From Rhizodiscina lignyota (Eukaryota), in assembly GCA_010015805.1 (NCBI GenBank), contig ML978124.1, forward strand, positions 1,674,001 through 1,738,000: a DNA stretch of 64,000 bases. The letters run 5' to 3'. The notes beneath the pieces were generated by a model. It was not told the DNA's origin and did no database searches. It saw only the letters and a list, made by a program, of their open reading frames with translations. Positions 1-13,599 of this stretch are shown in pieces. Position numbers and translations under genes: made by a program. How positions within the stretch are numbered: position 1 is the stretch's first letter; each line of letters opens with the position of its first letter.

Positions 1-193
1 CTTTACTGCCTACGACGAGCGACCTGAGACAACGAGTGCTTGTGTTGCTAGAGCAAAGGCAGACGAGAACGTCCTTCAAAGACCATAAGCCGCCCAACCG
101 TCTGGATCGTGGATAACATCATTGCTCGCGTTATGAGACTGAGGGGCAGAGTCCCCGGGGTATTTTGGCTGATCGTAAAACTCCAGATCCAGT

Positions 194-3100
194 CATAGCT
201 CGTCATCGTCAATTTCGCTCGGCTTGAGAAGGCCGCCGACCTTCATCTGCCTCTCACGTTCCTGATCCTTGGCATTCTTCGCAGCCAACTCTCTCTCTTC
301 GGCGAATAGCTCCGCATTGTCGCCACTGAACTCCTTGAGCGAGATGAGGAAGTCGCGCAAGATAAGCTTGAAGCGGTTATGGTCAGCGGTATTGGCGAGG
401 AGGCCGTCGATGAAGTTCGAGATTTGAACCCTGCGTTCACGATTTTAGTAAAGAAAATGATGATACACAGTGGCTAACTCACGCTTGAAGATTGGGGAAT
501 GCGTTTGCAAGCAAGTTGCCGGTGAACTGCTTGAGGAAGTCCTTATTCGGCGTGCCCTGAGGGGCCGTGTCTGGCATATAGATTGGACCTTGGAGCTTGC
601 CAGACTCAACCAACCAGAACATCTTAGCCAAGAGTAACGACTGGCTCTTGAAGCCTGCCTTATGATCACTATCCGTCAAGACGAAGAGGACGTCCTGGAG
701 AATAGTAGTAAAGAAGTTCTGGAAGAAGGCATTGCAAGTGTTCTGATCTGTATCGGCCATGTTGCTGATGAGCTCATTGCACATAGATAGTCCAGCAAAT
801 TCAACATCCCGATTGTCGTGCTTGCTAGCCCACATGCAAGAGTCGATGACGAATTTGAATTGCCGGCCGTCGAGTTTCAGTACAGCATTGAAGCAGCGGA
901 GATTGATCGTACGGAGAAGTTTGAAGAATTCGACGCGGTGTTCGGGGTATTCAGAGAAGTCTTTGTTGATCATGTCAAGTGTGCATTCGAAGACATTGTC
1001 CATGATGTTCATGACCTGGTCTTCCATCATGCTCTGTATGTAATCTATTAGCGGCTAACCATTGAACGGGGGGTGGGCCAGACCCAGTGTTTGCTGAGAT
1101 TGGGTCTCCAACGTACATGTAACTTATTGATGATTGTAGTCATGAGGTTCAGAACCTCTGCTTCACGGGCATCTGGAACATTGCGCTTGTAGTCGAGAAG
1201 GACGGCTTCGAGGAGCTGCGGAACAATGCTGTTGTGCACCATCTCAAGATCATCAGCCCTCTCCACATAGGTGTTGATAAGCTTGAGGATTTCCTTCTTG
1301 ACCGTGCGAAGACCTCGAACTTTTGGCATCTTCGTCGCAATAGCACCCTCTCTCACGACAGCTTGGTCGATCAGAGTGCTACTGGCACGGTACATGGTCA
1401 ACATGTCCAAGTAGATGCGGCCGATTTGCGGGTAGAAGTAGCTGCCGATAGAATTGCATGCAGCTACGTTAGTCTTCATGATGTTGCCAATGATCTTGAT
1501 GGCTTCGGCATCCTCTAGGATATTTGGGTCGTTGTGCGCAGTTTGGATGATCTGATCCCATGCAGCGTTTGGCAGAAGCATGAGATCATTAATGAGGCGC
1601 TCTTGGATAGCCTTCTGTCCTTGAGCACTGATCATGTAACCACAGGCTTCGTAAAACGTATGGACCTGTTGCGGGGAGAGGTCATGTGTAATCTTGCTCA
1701 AGTTACGAACAATCTCGTCGATGAATGGCTCGTTCTCGCCAGGCTGGTGAGCAACGAAATGCCTTCGGCATTTGTTCGCAATCTTGATGAACGTATCGCA
1801 AGCCATATCTTGTACACCTGTGGATAGTTAGACCGAGTACGAAATGGGCTGTGAGGGATGACGTTACCTTCATGCGTCTCGTGCATAAACTCAAAGAGCT
1901 TGTTGACCACGGTCTTGAGGAATTTCCAATGGGCCTTGAGGAAGCGCGGATACTGCCCAACGATGTACATAATGTTACTCGCCACAACAGCCTTGTTATC
2001 TTTGCCGCGCTTCATCTCAGTCAAGCCTAGGAGATCCTTGATGACAGTAACGAGGAAGCGCTTTTCTGTTTCTTCGTTCATGGCGCCGGAAATGGATCCA
2101 ATGGCCCAACACAGGGTATTGCAATTGGCCCACGACCACTCTGATCCATCGACTTGTCGCGCAAGCTTCTCGGACATGATCTGCTCGGTATCGTTGACGT
2201 CTAAATGAGTAAGGAATACGAGGCACTCCCTCGTTGACTTGTACAGCTGGATGGTGTCGCTCTCCTTGACGAACTCGCGGACAATTTCACCCTCGTCATT
2301 CTCGACAATCAAAACCTCCTCTGGACGGACCATCTTCTCAATCATGACCTGGCGCAGATTCGAGAGCACCTCACTGTACTTGTGCTTGCGCAACGGATAG
2401 TTCATGAGCATCGCAGGATCGCGCGCACCACCGTTCGACATGGCGGCACCCATGCCCATGTTAATCAGCGGGTTGATATCGCCGATCGGAAGTTGCTGCA
2501 TCTCATCGTAAAGCTCGGAAACAAGCTTAGTCCAGTACTCGAGGCAAATCTTGAAGATTTCGCGGTCATCGATTTGGCTTATGCGAATAAGATAGAAGTG
2601 GCCGTGTGTGAGAAAGTCACGGTTTGGGAGATTTTCGATGACACTCAGATGCATCGTGAAGAAGTTGCAGAGGAAGAGGGCCAGATTCTGAACAAACTCT
2701 TGGTCTCTGCCATTGCTTGAAGCGTAGGTCTGCTTCAGGTCGAGGGAGAGGGGAATGATCTTTGAGATCGCCGTGAGCGTCTCCGTAAACATCTGCACCA
2801 ACTTCTCATTGTATGTAGGCTCAACGTGCAAGCTTGCAATCTCCGTCAAGCACTTGAGTGTGATGTTACGGAAGTCGGGCACGTCGAAGAAGCGGCTACG
2901 AAGCGTCTCAATCAAGCTGACTCCGCTCGGAGGTGTCTCGAATATGTAGCCAAGAGGGATCCAGTTCAGGAAGCGGAGGAGAGTTTCCAGCGTGGCTTTG
3001 ATAAGGCTCGCCTGAGAGGCCGTGCTCAGAATCTCTGAGCAGAGTTGGTAGATCGACGTGAACTCGTCGCACATGCTCTGCTTAAGCTCTTTCGTCTTTG

Positions 3101-3658
3101 TCGAGGTCAGCTGATCCGCAGAATAATCAAACACCTCTTCAGAAAGCAATCGCAGGATTGCCATGTTGTTCTCGCAAATCGGAAGGCTGCTCCTGCAGGA
3201 GGAGATGATCTCGTTGATGAAAGTGGGCCAATTGTGGGGCCATTCCTGCTTCAGGATATTCACGAGGGTGAGGTTGAGTTTGTTGAGAAGTGTGCGCTGA
3301 CTTCGGAGGCTCTCTTCGGTTTCTGAGGTCTTGATAATGACGTTGACAACGAAATTGCGAATTCCTATGGACATTAGTACCCATCATACTCGCACAAAAA
3401 AAGTGTGAGTGTCATACCTTGACACTGATCACGCGGTAGCACCTTCCATCGTGTCAGGATAACGTGATCGAGCACCTGAAGTCCCAAGAACTTCGTCTGG
3501 GGATATGTCGCATCCGACAAGATCTTGTCCACCATAAGCCACGCATCAGGGTTCTCCTTGAACTGGTTCAACGTGTTCTGTGCCTGCTTCTGTGTCTCTC
3601 CACGACCTTCGTAAAACGCCCGCACGGCGGCATCGAGCTCTGCTATGCTCATCGCCAT
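194..3658 (-). CDS. CRM1: Exportin-1 (CRM1/Xpo1/KapK), 5 exons
   Basis: Joins ORFs 3374-3658, 1698-3374, 1048-1806 and 479-1030 via GT-AG introns at 3365-3417, 1818-1867, 1034-1116 and 431-482. Motifs [29 protein letters not shown] and [17 protein letters not shown]; ends ..[14 protein letters not shown] (TGA 194-196). Confidence 0.97.
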
Positions 3659-4299
3659 GTTGAATGAGTTTGGTGTGAACTAACACCACTTGGTGAACGC
3701 GCAGTCGCCTTCTTGAAGCTGAATCTACTCCGCGCTAGATCCCAGCAGTTGTGATCATGCAGCGACAGGAGTAGTCCTCCGCGGACGCGTGGGTGACGTG
3801 GTTGAGATAGCTCGGTCGACGATGAATCGAACGGCGGGGCAAGTGATGAGGTGTTTTGGTGGTTGGGAGGTAAAGCGGTGAGGTTTTGGGACGCCTAAGG
3901 GAAAGAGAAGCTCTAGAAGAAGTCACAGTGTGCTCGTGCAACACAAAGCGACTGACTGGAGCAAGCAAGGCTGCACCGTTGAAGGTGAGGATGGTTGGCG
4001 TGTGGCGGGTGATGCAACGCGAAGGAGAATGCCCAGAACTGCTTGTTAGGCTGCGGCGCGGAACTAACCGAACACCCGGGCTTGGCGTTTTTCGGCTTCG
4101 GGAATGGGCCTCTGAGCTTCGCCCGGACAACCATGCATCTTCGCCGAATTGTAGCTTAAAGTGGCGCATAAGATATCACACCTGTTCAGGAAAAAGAGAA
4201 TTCATTCGAAAGTTCATCATAATCGCCTGCTATCCAATCTCCTTCTAGGAGCAATCAACACCCTTCTCTCGCGTTCTCTCCTCCGTTCTGGTCAGATAT

Positions 4300-6656
4300 T
4301 TACAGCATCATACTTCTCCTTCTCGCAGCAACCCTTTCTCTCCTTGCTACATTCAAACTCTCCCCTGCTGCTGTCCCGCTAGTACTTGTACCAACTCTAC
4401 TTGAAGGTCGCGTGAGATTTGTCATTGTCTTGCTCCTGATTAGACCCTCAGTCGCACCTCCATTAGCAGCGGTGGCGTCGCTAGCTGCAAGCATCGAGGG
4501 AACTGAAGAGTGTCGCCTGGAGCTTCGTGCTTTGCTCGCGTCCAGTTTATTCCGAAGCTTTTCCGATGACGATGGCTGCGATCCTTGAGGTGAAGATTCG
4601 TCAAAGTCGAAAATGGCTAAGCTGTCGCGCTTTTCGTCGGTCATGCCCTCGACGTCGGCTTCCGAGATAACTGCTGGCAAGACCTGGGAAGGCCGACCTA
4701 ATCTCTTCCGCATGGCAGAAGTAATACTGGCTGGGCCTGATATGGCTGTAAGATCAAGTACCCCGAGATCAATTCTTGGATCCATCCTCTGCGGCTCTGG
4801 CTCTTCGTCCGCGTGTTGCTCCTGGGCTCTCGACAGTGCTACCTTGTTCTGAAGAGGAGAATTTACCTCTCCAATCAATTCGCCCTCCCTCTCTTTGCTC
4901 GAAGCAGATTCTGTAGGTAGCCTTGTCCAGTCTTCAATGCTCGTGTCACCATCTTGGCGCTCCCGTTTTGTCGTCCGCTCTGGCTTTATCACAGTTGGCC
5001 GTCCTCCTCTTCCCACAGCATCCACAAGTTCTTTTCCTGGTCGACGCATCTTTGTGTTCAAGCTTGGCTCCGCGTAGTTGACTTGAGCACGAGCGCGTCG
5101 TCCTGGGCGACTTGTGGCCTGGGCGTCTCCGTAAGTTAGGTTAGGTTCTGGCGTGTCTCGCGGTGGCGGTGCTGACGATTCGGTTGATGGTGGTGAGAAG
5201 ATGTCAAGCGCAGCGGGAGTCTCTGGCGGTAAACTGGCGGCATCCAAGACGATATCTGCACGGTGTGGTGGTGGCAGTGGAACATCATCCACCACCGTCT
5301 GTGGCCGTGATTCAGGTGCTGCTTTAGGTTTTCTCTCTCGTGCTCGTCGCTCGTCGAGCGCAGACACTGCTATGGACTTTTTCAAGTCCATCAGTTCCTC
5401 TCCGGATTTCTCTTTTGGTAGCTTTTTCGGAGAGTTGACTGGATCCGTATTTACGCTCTTTGAACCCAGAACCTTACGCTCTGTTACCTGCGATGTTTTC
5501 GACGAGCTCTTCTCGGGAAGTGCTGGCGCAATGGTCTCCTTCTGCTTCTTCTCGCCATCGTCACTGCGCTGTCTTTCAGTTCTTGCGGAACTAACCCTTC
5601 TACTAAACTGGAAGGCTTCCTTTGATATTGTAACCGCATCATCTTGTTTCTCCTCGACCTCGCGAGTACTTAGCTTCCGCTTAGCACCCGCTCGGATAGG
5701 TAGGACTTGGGATACTCCTTGCGCTGCGTGTTCTGACAGGACATCTGCACTTTCTTCTGTGGGCGGGGATTGGAAGACAGTCATTCTTCGAATATCAATA
5801 CGAGGTTGGCCATCACGTCGCTTGCGTCGCGTTTCGAGATTCACCGACATCGACGTGGACAGTGCGTCTGGGATTTGCTCATCTTCTGCACTGGAGGATT
5901 GAAGTACTGATGGTGGGTCGAACTTGATTGGGTCTTCGTCAGGGAAATGCGCAACAGGCGGTGGGCCTATGTCAGGAGACTCGCTCGCGTTCACGATGTC
6001 TCGAATTTCCTCAGCACTAATATTTGTCAGATCTTCTCCAGCCTTATTCGCGTTGCCAACATACTTCAATGTCCGTCTTGGGAAAGGTTTGTCTTCTCGT
6101 ATAGATGGCAGTCGTCCATCCACTCCAGCTTCTGCTGCAGCAGCTGATGCGACAGCCCTCCATTCTACCAAACTACTCGTCTCCGCTGTTTTTCGTCTTG
6201 CCGTTGTTGTACTTGGCCTTGCCGTTATATCCAATTCCGCAAGCAACAGCCCAAACTCTTGCATCTTCGCTTCTAATTTGTCCTTGACAGAGCTAACTAT
6301 ATCCGCAGATGGTCCATGTCGACCACGCCGACCTTCGAGTTGGTTCTGGAGATCGGCAACTTGTTCTCGCAAGGAAAGGTTTTCGGCAAGGAGGCGTGAC
6401 GTTTCTGATTCTAGAGTACGGATGCGCATAGACTGGGCGGAGTTGTGTCTGGATCAAAATTCTTAACATAGCTCGTACAGATGGATGCGAATGCATACTT
6501 TGCAAGCTCCCTATTCTGGCGAATGAATCGTCTCTTCACTGTAGCGGCCTTCTTGTCAGTCTCCATTGAAATTTAAATCGTTCAAAAGATGCGGGTCGTG
6601 TGCCTACCCACATCGGCCGACTCTGTAGGTATCGGCACCTCGTTGAGTCGCGCCAT
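4300..6656 (-). CDS. SGO1: Shugoshin (Sgo1-like)
   Basis: Spliced N-terminus MARLNE..KRRFIRQNRELAKHNSAQSMRIRTLESE (shugoshin coiled coil) and the basic SGO motif RRARAQVNYAEPSLNTKMRR. Two 5' introns plus a probable in-frame 48-nt intron at 6017-6064. Confidence 0.9.
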
Positions 6657-7007
6657 CGGCGCAGGCGCAAAGGATAAATGGCAGTAGAGATGCTGTTGCT
6701 TTGCAAGATTGCTGCGACCGTGACTTGATATGCTCAAAGCATCCGTAACGCCCTTGCTGAAAGCTGGAGGCTAAAGTGGAAGTTGCAGTTAGGGCTTCGA
6801 GCAGGGAAAAAGTTGGCCTAAACAAATATCCCGATTGGGATAAATGCGCACAGCGACCGGCGCACGGACGAGTTTGACACGCGATACCGCGTCTTGCATG
6901 TGAACCCTTCGTGATTTGATATTTGGACGACTCTGCATCAACTCGACAATTGTTATAATCCAAAAAGCAGCAACACTATTTGTCTGAAGCCAGCCTCATT
7001 TCGAAAT

Positions 7008-7577
7008 ATGTCCTACCCAAATCGTCCGACCCTTCCCTCCCACATCCGCTCTGCCTCGACGGCCAACGCGCAATCCTCCGCCAATTCGACAGCGGGCGCA
7101 TCTCCAGTCCTTCTGGCGCGTATAAATGAGAAAAAGGCGGAACTGGCGAGCCTGAAGGAGCTGCAGGCTTTGAGTGCGGGCTTAGCGGATCAGATGCAGA
7201 CGCTGGAAGAGAAGTTGAGTACACTCAGCGACGGGACAGAAGGTGAGGGCGCAAAACTCCTGAGAAGGGTAAGATACGATATCGCAGAAATGGTACTGAC
7301 GGAGTTGAATTTTAGCTGTTGCAGCGGTTCTAAGCAATTGGCACAACGTATTGAGGGCGATAAATATGGCTTCAAGTGCGTAGCTCGCTGCCAACATACC
7401 GTACAGGAATTGTATTGCTAACATCTGATAGTGAAAATACCGAAACCGAAAGAGGAAAACACAACATCAGAGGAGAAGCCCGAGCAAGAAGTGCCATTAC
7501 CCGTCACGTTGGTCCGGATACCGACCGAGCAAGCCGGGCTCATTGCGCAAGGTACATCCGGAGGTGCTGCTGACTGA
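7008..7577 (+). CDS. DAD2: DASH/Dam1 complex subunit Dad2
   Basis: Spliced (introns ~7243-7315 and ~7376-7431): LARINEKKAELASL..LSDGTEAVAAVLSNWHNVLRAINMAS..PLPVTLVRIP, the Dad2 signature. Confidence 0.92.
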
Positions 7578-8208
7578 AGAATCACCGGCTACACGAAATA
7601 CTCGTACGCATACTACCTCAGTACACTGGCCTCCCAATTGAAGAATGTAGTCGACGCTGCCGGCACTTGACTGGCCTAAACCAAGACCCGAACAAAGATG
7701 TTTCTGTGGTCGCCATCATACCTGAGACGGCACTGAGCATATACGATCGAAGGGTATCGGTACGAGTGCTACCGCCATGGATACCAGGAGAGGGAGTTCG
7801 GTTGGGAGCATGAGAGCATGGGGAAGTGATAAATGGCACATAAACGAGGTGCATATTGGAAAGTAGCAGGATGAAGAGCGTCCTTTAAGATGAAGAATCC
7901 CCTCTAATTAGGAGAATATGATTCATGTCGATCGTATGGGTATCGAAGCTCCAGTATCTATATTGAGGGTCGATCTACCAGGTCCTCAAAACCATAATGC
8001 TGCTGCAATTTCCCTATTCCCATTGATGCTGTGCACTTAAGCCGTGATGCAGTTCCCAGCTAATCGCCCCGAAATCATACAACGCCTCATAATGCATCTT
8101 CTATCGCGAGCGCAGATGCCTCATGCTGCGAAAATCATCGTAGTCCCATACGCATTCGTGTCCCGTACACCGTGCCGTAAATCATCGATCAGACACGCCC
8201 TCGCGCAA

Positions 8209-8685
8209 CTAGCTCTCTTTCGCTTTTCCCTTGCCATTCCCATACTTTGGTACCCTCTCATATGCATTCGGGCTTGGCTTTCTCGCTTTGTCTTTCGCGT
8301 CTCCTTCTCCTCCGTTGCCGTCGTGCTCATGGTTGTGCTTGTGCTTTCTTCTCGCTCTCGATCGCCTTACCGGCCTCGCCGCACCGTCATCCGCGCCACT
8401 GTCAGAGTCATTGCTCGATGATGAATCATCCGAAGAGTCCTCGTCTGATGATTCGCCCACTTCGCGCGGCTTGTGGTAGATGCAGCATACTTTGGAGCTC
8501 TTCTTGCCCATGCCTTCGTTGTCAATGACGTCTTCTGCCCATTGGATGTGCCGCTCTTCAGCGGGAGAGATGGACTCTGCGCGTAGGCGGAGGGTGCCGG
8601 ATGTGGCTATGGAGGGTTCGGCGGTGGTTTGGGTCGTGGATGCGGAGGCGGCGGCAGTATTTTGTTGGCGCATATGTTGCGCCAT
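8209..8685 (-). CDS. YPI1: Type-1 phosphatase regulator Ypi1 (inhibitor-3)
   Basis: [34 protein letters not shown] (RVxW-like PP1 motif plus CCIYHK), followed by an acidic/Ser tract and SPNAYE. Confidence 0.93.
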   Translation of the reverse strand: MAQHMRQQNTAAASASTTQTTAEPSIATSGTLRLRAESISPAEERHIQWAEDVIDNEGMGKKSSKVCCIYHKPREVGESSDEDSSDDSSSSNDSDSGADDGAARPVRRSRARRKHKHNHEHDGNGGEGDAKDKARKPSPNAYERVPKYGNGKGKAKES

Positions 8686-9093
8686 TATGGTTATTTGTAG
8701 CTTTGTGGCTGGTGAGACGGAGATCAAGGTCCTGGTGAGGTTTTTGAAAGGAGAGGAGAAGAGGAGGATATAGTGGTTATCACTGCGTGCTTTTTGTGCC
8801 TCGAATGTTCTAGGTGCAGATTCGAGATGTGGAGAGACGCGGTTGGAGGTTGATGACCTGATGCTCCTGCAGCGCGCCCAAAAATAACGACCGGGATTTT
8901 GCCGCCCTTCACCCGTTGACGTAGTGACAACCTCGGATCGGTGTCAGGGATTTATGGCCGATTTCAAGCCATAATGGCTTTCTTTCTTCCTGTATTTTTA
9001 TCATTTCAATGTTTGTGAAGTGACAAATCATTCGTGTAAGAGCTAGGCGTTTGGGCAAATAGAGGCTCTTTGTTCCCTTTAGATTCACGGCTA

Positions 9094-10298
9094 ATGAGTT
9101 CCAAAAATGGATCCAAAGTAATTGGCCACGTCCAAATCAAATTATTGGCATGATTCTAATGCGATATAGGCATCACAGACCTTACCGATAGTATCGCTAC
9201 TCTCCGGGGGCGTTGCGGGAGGTGTGGAAGCAGCAATAACGGTATCTTCATCTCCGTCTCATTATGTGTCACGCGATCAAAGCTGATTTTTGCCCAGTAT
9301 CCTATGGAGTTTGCGAAAACTCGCGTTCAGCTGCGGAATGAGCGAGGTGTCCCGTCACCAAGGAATCCATTCAGTATCGTAGCACAGGTCATACGAAACG
9401 AAGGCTTTCGCGCACTGTACAAAGGGTGTTCAACTCTCATCGTAGGCTCTATTGGCAAAGATGCTGTGCGCTTCTTGTGTTTCGACACTATCAAGCACCA
9501 ATTCGCAGACCCAGAGACCGGGACGCTCACTCCAATCCGAAACATGCTCAGCGGAATGGCAACAGGTGTAGTCGCGAGCGTCACCTGCGTCACTCCAACG
9601 GAGAGAGTAAAGACCGCATTGATCGACGATGCGAGAAACGAGAAGCGATTCCGGAACCCTTGGCATGCAATTAAGCTCATTGTCCAGGAGAGCGGGCCCA
9701 TGGGCTTGTATAGAGGCCTCGCAGGGACAACTCTCAAGCAAGCAGGTGCCACGGCGTTCCGCATGGGCACATACAACATCCTTAAGGACTATGAGAAGAA
9801 GCGACATATTCCACAGACCATACTCACAAATTTTGCGAATGGAGCAGTAGCGGGTACGGTGACGACGCTGGCGACACAACCGTTCGACGTAGTTAAAACG
9901 AGGTAAGAATGTCATTGTGCAACACCAATACGCACCTTGGAGACGCTGCTCTGCCATGCTGGCTAAAGCACGGAAATTTACTGCAACCAGCACTTGAACT
10001 CCTGCACATTTAAGCACTCAAAAATTCCAAGAGCCACTACGGCTTTAATTTTAACACGGCTGAACTCCGTTAACGTATATTGGCGTCTAGGTCGCAGTCC
10101 GCACACGGTGCGAGCACCAGTGAGGCTATCAAAAGCGTATTAAAGGACAATGGTATTCGTGGGTTCTGGAAGGGTACAGTGATGAGGCTCGGAAGGACTA
10201 TAGTGGCTGGTGGCATACTGTTTACTACTGCAGAGGCTGTCGCGAAGGTGCTGAATCCGCTATTTGGGCAGACTTCAATCGGGACGATGAGTCATTGA
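9094..10298 (+). CDS. Mitochondrial carrier, tricarboxylate (citrate) transporter-like
   Basis: Three Px[DE]xxK repeats (PMEFAKTR, PTERVKT, PFDVVKTR) and GGVAGGVE..TYP. Introns at ~9118-9169, 9242-9297 and 9903-10090. The start codon is approximate. Confidence 0.88.
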
Positions 10299-10639
10299 AT
10301 ATAAATTAATTGGACTAACAAATCATTCTTCCATTATCGTGCCACTAACAAACTGTAGAATGAAACCCGGTCGCTTCTCACCTTAACTAAATGGCGCCAA
10401 ATTTGCACTAGACTCCCGCGTATTGGCATTTGTTAGTGATCCTCAATTTCTACTGACCTTGCCACCTTTACAGAAGCAGAGGCTCTGGTTATACGACTGT
10501 TGAGTCAGACAGCTCACGCCCAGGTTCATTCCGCCATCTAGTCCCAGAATAGAGAGCTTCTGACACACAGGCGAAAACCAGAGCAATACAGGCTTTCCTC
10601 CATAGAGGGTATTGTTCCCCAGGATCGACACCATTCTTC

Positions 10640-11284
10640 TCACTCCAACGTCTTCCTCAACGAGGCAGCAATGAGCAGGATCTTCTCTCCATCCAGCGTC
10701 ACAGGGTACATCGGGTCCTCCCTCTCCTTCACGTAACCCATTCTAGCATACCAGTCCTCGTTACTCGTCCCCTTCTCCGGCATCTCGATGTTGAGGCTCG
10801 AGCACACCCTCGCATAAAAGGGCCTCCACTCCTCCCCATCGTCCTCGATATACCGCTTACTGATCGCGTTGAGCGTGATTGACTTGCAGTCTGGAGAGCC
10901 ATACGGCTCCACCTTGGCCCACGACTCCAGTGCCCGGACGGCTGCACCACCCAACCCTCCATGGCGGTGTTCGGGCAGGATGAACAGATCAGCAATGTGC
11001 ATTACAGTCTGGCCATCCAGAGCTTCGATCTTCTTTTGGGTAGATATATGGCCAAGGAGGCGCTGCGGCGCCGGCTGGGCGGACACTGATGGCGGGACAA
11101 CCCAGAACATGGACAGCGTATGGGTGTCCATGGCTGCTCGCCATGCTTCGAGAGTAGAGGGCGAATTGGACCACCCGCAAATGATGCGCTGTCGTAGCAG
11201 TTCGTCGAATTCAATAGCGTTGTGGAGGTTCATGGGTTCCAGGATGCTGTTTTGAGCGGCTTCGATCGCGGCTAGCTTTTCCAT
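10640..11284 (-). CDS. GNAT-family acyl-CoA N-acyltransferase
   Basis: Intronless 214-aa ORF with LFILPEHRHGGLGGAAV (acetyl-CoA binding R-x-x-G-x-G) and WYARMGY. Confidence 0.85.
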   Translation of the reverse strand: MEKLAAIEAAQNSILEPMNLHNAIEFDELLRQRIICGWSNSPSTLEAWRAAMDTHTLSMFWVVPPSVSAQPAPQRLLGHISTQKKIEALDGQTVMHIADLFILPEHRHGGLGGAAVRALESWAKVEPYGSPDCKSITLNAISKRYIEDDGEEWRPFYARVCSSLNIEMPEKGTSNEDWYARMGYVKEREDPMYPVTLDGEKILLIAASLRKTLE

Positions 11285-12228
11285 CCTCGGCGGTGAAGAT
11301 CGAGGTTGTCTTTCGATATCTCAGGGGTAACCAAATATTTGGCCGCCCGGGAAGCTGTAACGCTTAAGGGCGAGTAGCTCTTGTACTCCAAGGTAAACGA
11401 GACTATCTCTGAGAGATTGGCTGTGTATTCTTTGGAGTGTACTGAACAGTAGTGAGCCTTTAAAAAAGCTTGTATGCCTTTGTTTATTTTAGAGGCTACA
11501 TACGTATCCTGAACGGATGCTGTTCAGTGTCTTGAAAGTAACGACCGGTATCTTTGTCACCTTCGAGATGCGTCCAGTGTGGCTCTTTATACCCGTTACC
11601 GCTGAGCACTCGCTGCCCATAGAAAGCCATGGCATGTACTTAGAACGTCCTAAAAAGGACATTCATGAAGAGTACGCCCTCCTATACCCCTAATATGGCT
11701 ATGTCGCCTAAGCACCTTCCTATTTAGGCTTAGCAAGATCCTACCGAACTCCCGTTCTTAATGTCTGGAGTTTCATGCTGCACTATCACTCGGACTGCCA
11801 AGCTGCTGGACATAACCAAATATCTACTAAAGTGAACAGAAGAAAGAGGATGTTCCTGAGTGAGTTACATGGTGCGATGGTGATGATCCGGATTGATAAA
11901 GCTCAGCCACCGTTCAGCCACAGTTGAGCCCAGACCAACGTTTGAAGGGCGTTCGAATAAAACTATCATCTATGCCAGCATGATTAAAGATATCATGCCT
12001 TCTGATATCTGCCTCGATTCATGAGGATGGTTTTGAATATTGGATAAGAAACAGTGTGGAAGCTGGAGCGGTGATAAGGTGCCTAATCTCTAGAAAAATG
12101 ATGTCACCTTGCAGGAGAGTGCAGATACAATAATGCTTGTCTCAGGTGGTGATATCTTGCATTATGACGACCGAAAAGGCAGCGATCTCATAGCCCATGT
12201 CAAGAATCAATCATGTTATTGTGTTGCA

Positions 12229-13067
12229 ATGGAAGAGCAAGTAGACCACCTAGTAAAGAAGACATGGGGTGAGTTTTGGGTGGCGGACGAGAAGATTGAG
12301 CTAATTGTCTTACAGAGAAATATGAGAAGACGCCAAAATCTCAGCGCCTGCTCATAGGCGTATCCGGCATTCCAGGCTCAGGTACTATTGATGCCTTTAA
12401 AGTCTATAGCAACTTCCCTTGACGTGTTAAAGGCAAAACGACGCTCGCATCGATCGTAGCGAAACGCATAAACGAACTCTATCACGACCACGCCCCCGGT
12501 TGCTCTTGCGGAAATGCCGTCGCCGCATTCATCCCCATGGATGGTTACCATTTGTCCCGCGCTCAGCTTGATGCGATGCCAGACCCGGTGACTGCACATG
12601 CGAGACGAGGTGCAGCGTTTACATTTGATGGCGAGAGCTTCCTCCATCTCGTCAAGAAATTGAAAGAGCCTCTACTCCCCGAAAGCACAACTCTCTATGC
12701 CCCTTCATTTGACCACGCTGTCAAAGATCCTGTGGAAGATGATATCCCGATAAGCCCTGGCATGAGAGTTATCGTGTTCGAAGGTAACTATCTCAGCTTG
12801 AACAAGAGTCCTTGGAAAGATGCGGCGGCTCTCATGGATGAGCTATGGTTTGTTGAAGTCGACTTCGATAAATCAAGGCAGAGATTGGTCTCGAGGCATG
12901 TCAAAGCTGGAATTGCGAGAGATGAGGACGAGGCGAACATGCGTGTCACTGAGAACGACCATGTGAATGGGGAAGAAATTGTAGAAGACAGGATGGACGT
13001 GGACGAAGTCATCATTAGCAAAGAGGATGAGTTATGGAAGCCAGAGAAACAAGAGTTTGGTAAATAG
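12229..13067 (+). CDS. P-loop kinase of the phosphoribulokinase/uridine kinase family (YFH7-like)
   Basis: Spliced MEEQVDHL..LLIGVSGIPGSG|KTTLA (Walker A split by an intron), PMDGYH, RRGAAFTFD, FDHAVKDP, EGNYL. Confidence 0.9.
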
Positions 13068-13599
13068 ATAATTCTGAACCTAGAGCTGTCCAAGTCCACC
13101 GCAATTAGTTATTCAGAGTCGCCATCCGGAAGCCGCAACTCGGACTCCCTAACCATCCTCTCCAACTCTACCATAAACCCTACCCTCCTTAGCATAGATG
13201 TAGTCTTACGCATCTACATCTACCGCGAACATATCACCATCTCTTCAAAGCCACCCGCCATGCACCTGACGTCGAGCCTTCGACCAGTCCGCGGAGTAGG
13301 CATCTCTCTTCTTCCGGTTTGCGCGATATCCCGTACACGTAGCCAAGTCCAACTTACACTCTTAGCGATCGCTTTTGACCGAGTACTGGGAGAAGCACTA
13401 TCGGTTATACCGCGGATCTATACGAGATATGCACTTCACTTCAATGAAAGTGTTTCGGATACATTTGCACCTGTGCAACGGCATTGATGCCGGTACCATT
13501 TAGTATCCTATCCTTTTGAATCACGTGTGTCCCTTTTCGTCTACCTACACCCCTTCCACAACCCACACCGCCGCTCCCATACCTCCCGCAGAAACCCCC

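Noticed and set aside
3735..4169. Regulatory uORF (arginine-attenuator-like) upstream of CRM1
   Set aside because: There is only a superficial DY match, no similarity to the AAP consensus and no convincing start.
5153..6466. Long antisense ORFs (also 16415-17092, 35072-35719, 53523-54080, 62313-62897)
   Set aside because: These are shadow frames of real genes on the opposite strand with no independent motifs.
9094..13067. Organic-acid or secondary-metabolite cluster around the tricarboxylate carrier and GNAT
   Set aside because: No backbone enzyme, decarboxylase, MFS exporter or Zn2Cys6 regulator lies nearby.
13195..13222. Inverted repeat TAGATGTAG/CTACATCTA
   Set aside because: An isolated 9-bp stem in a 3' intergenic region, not clearly above chance.
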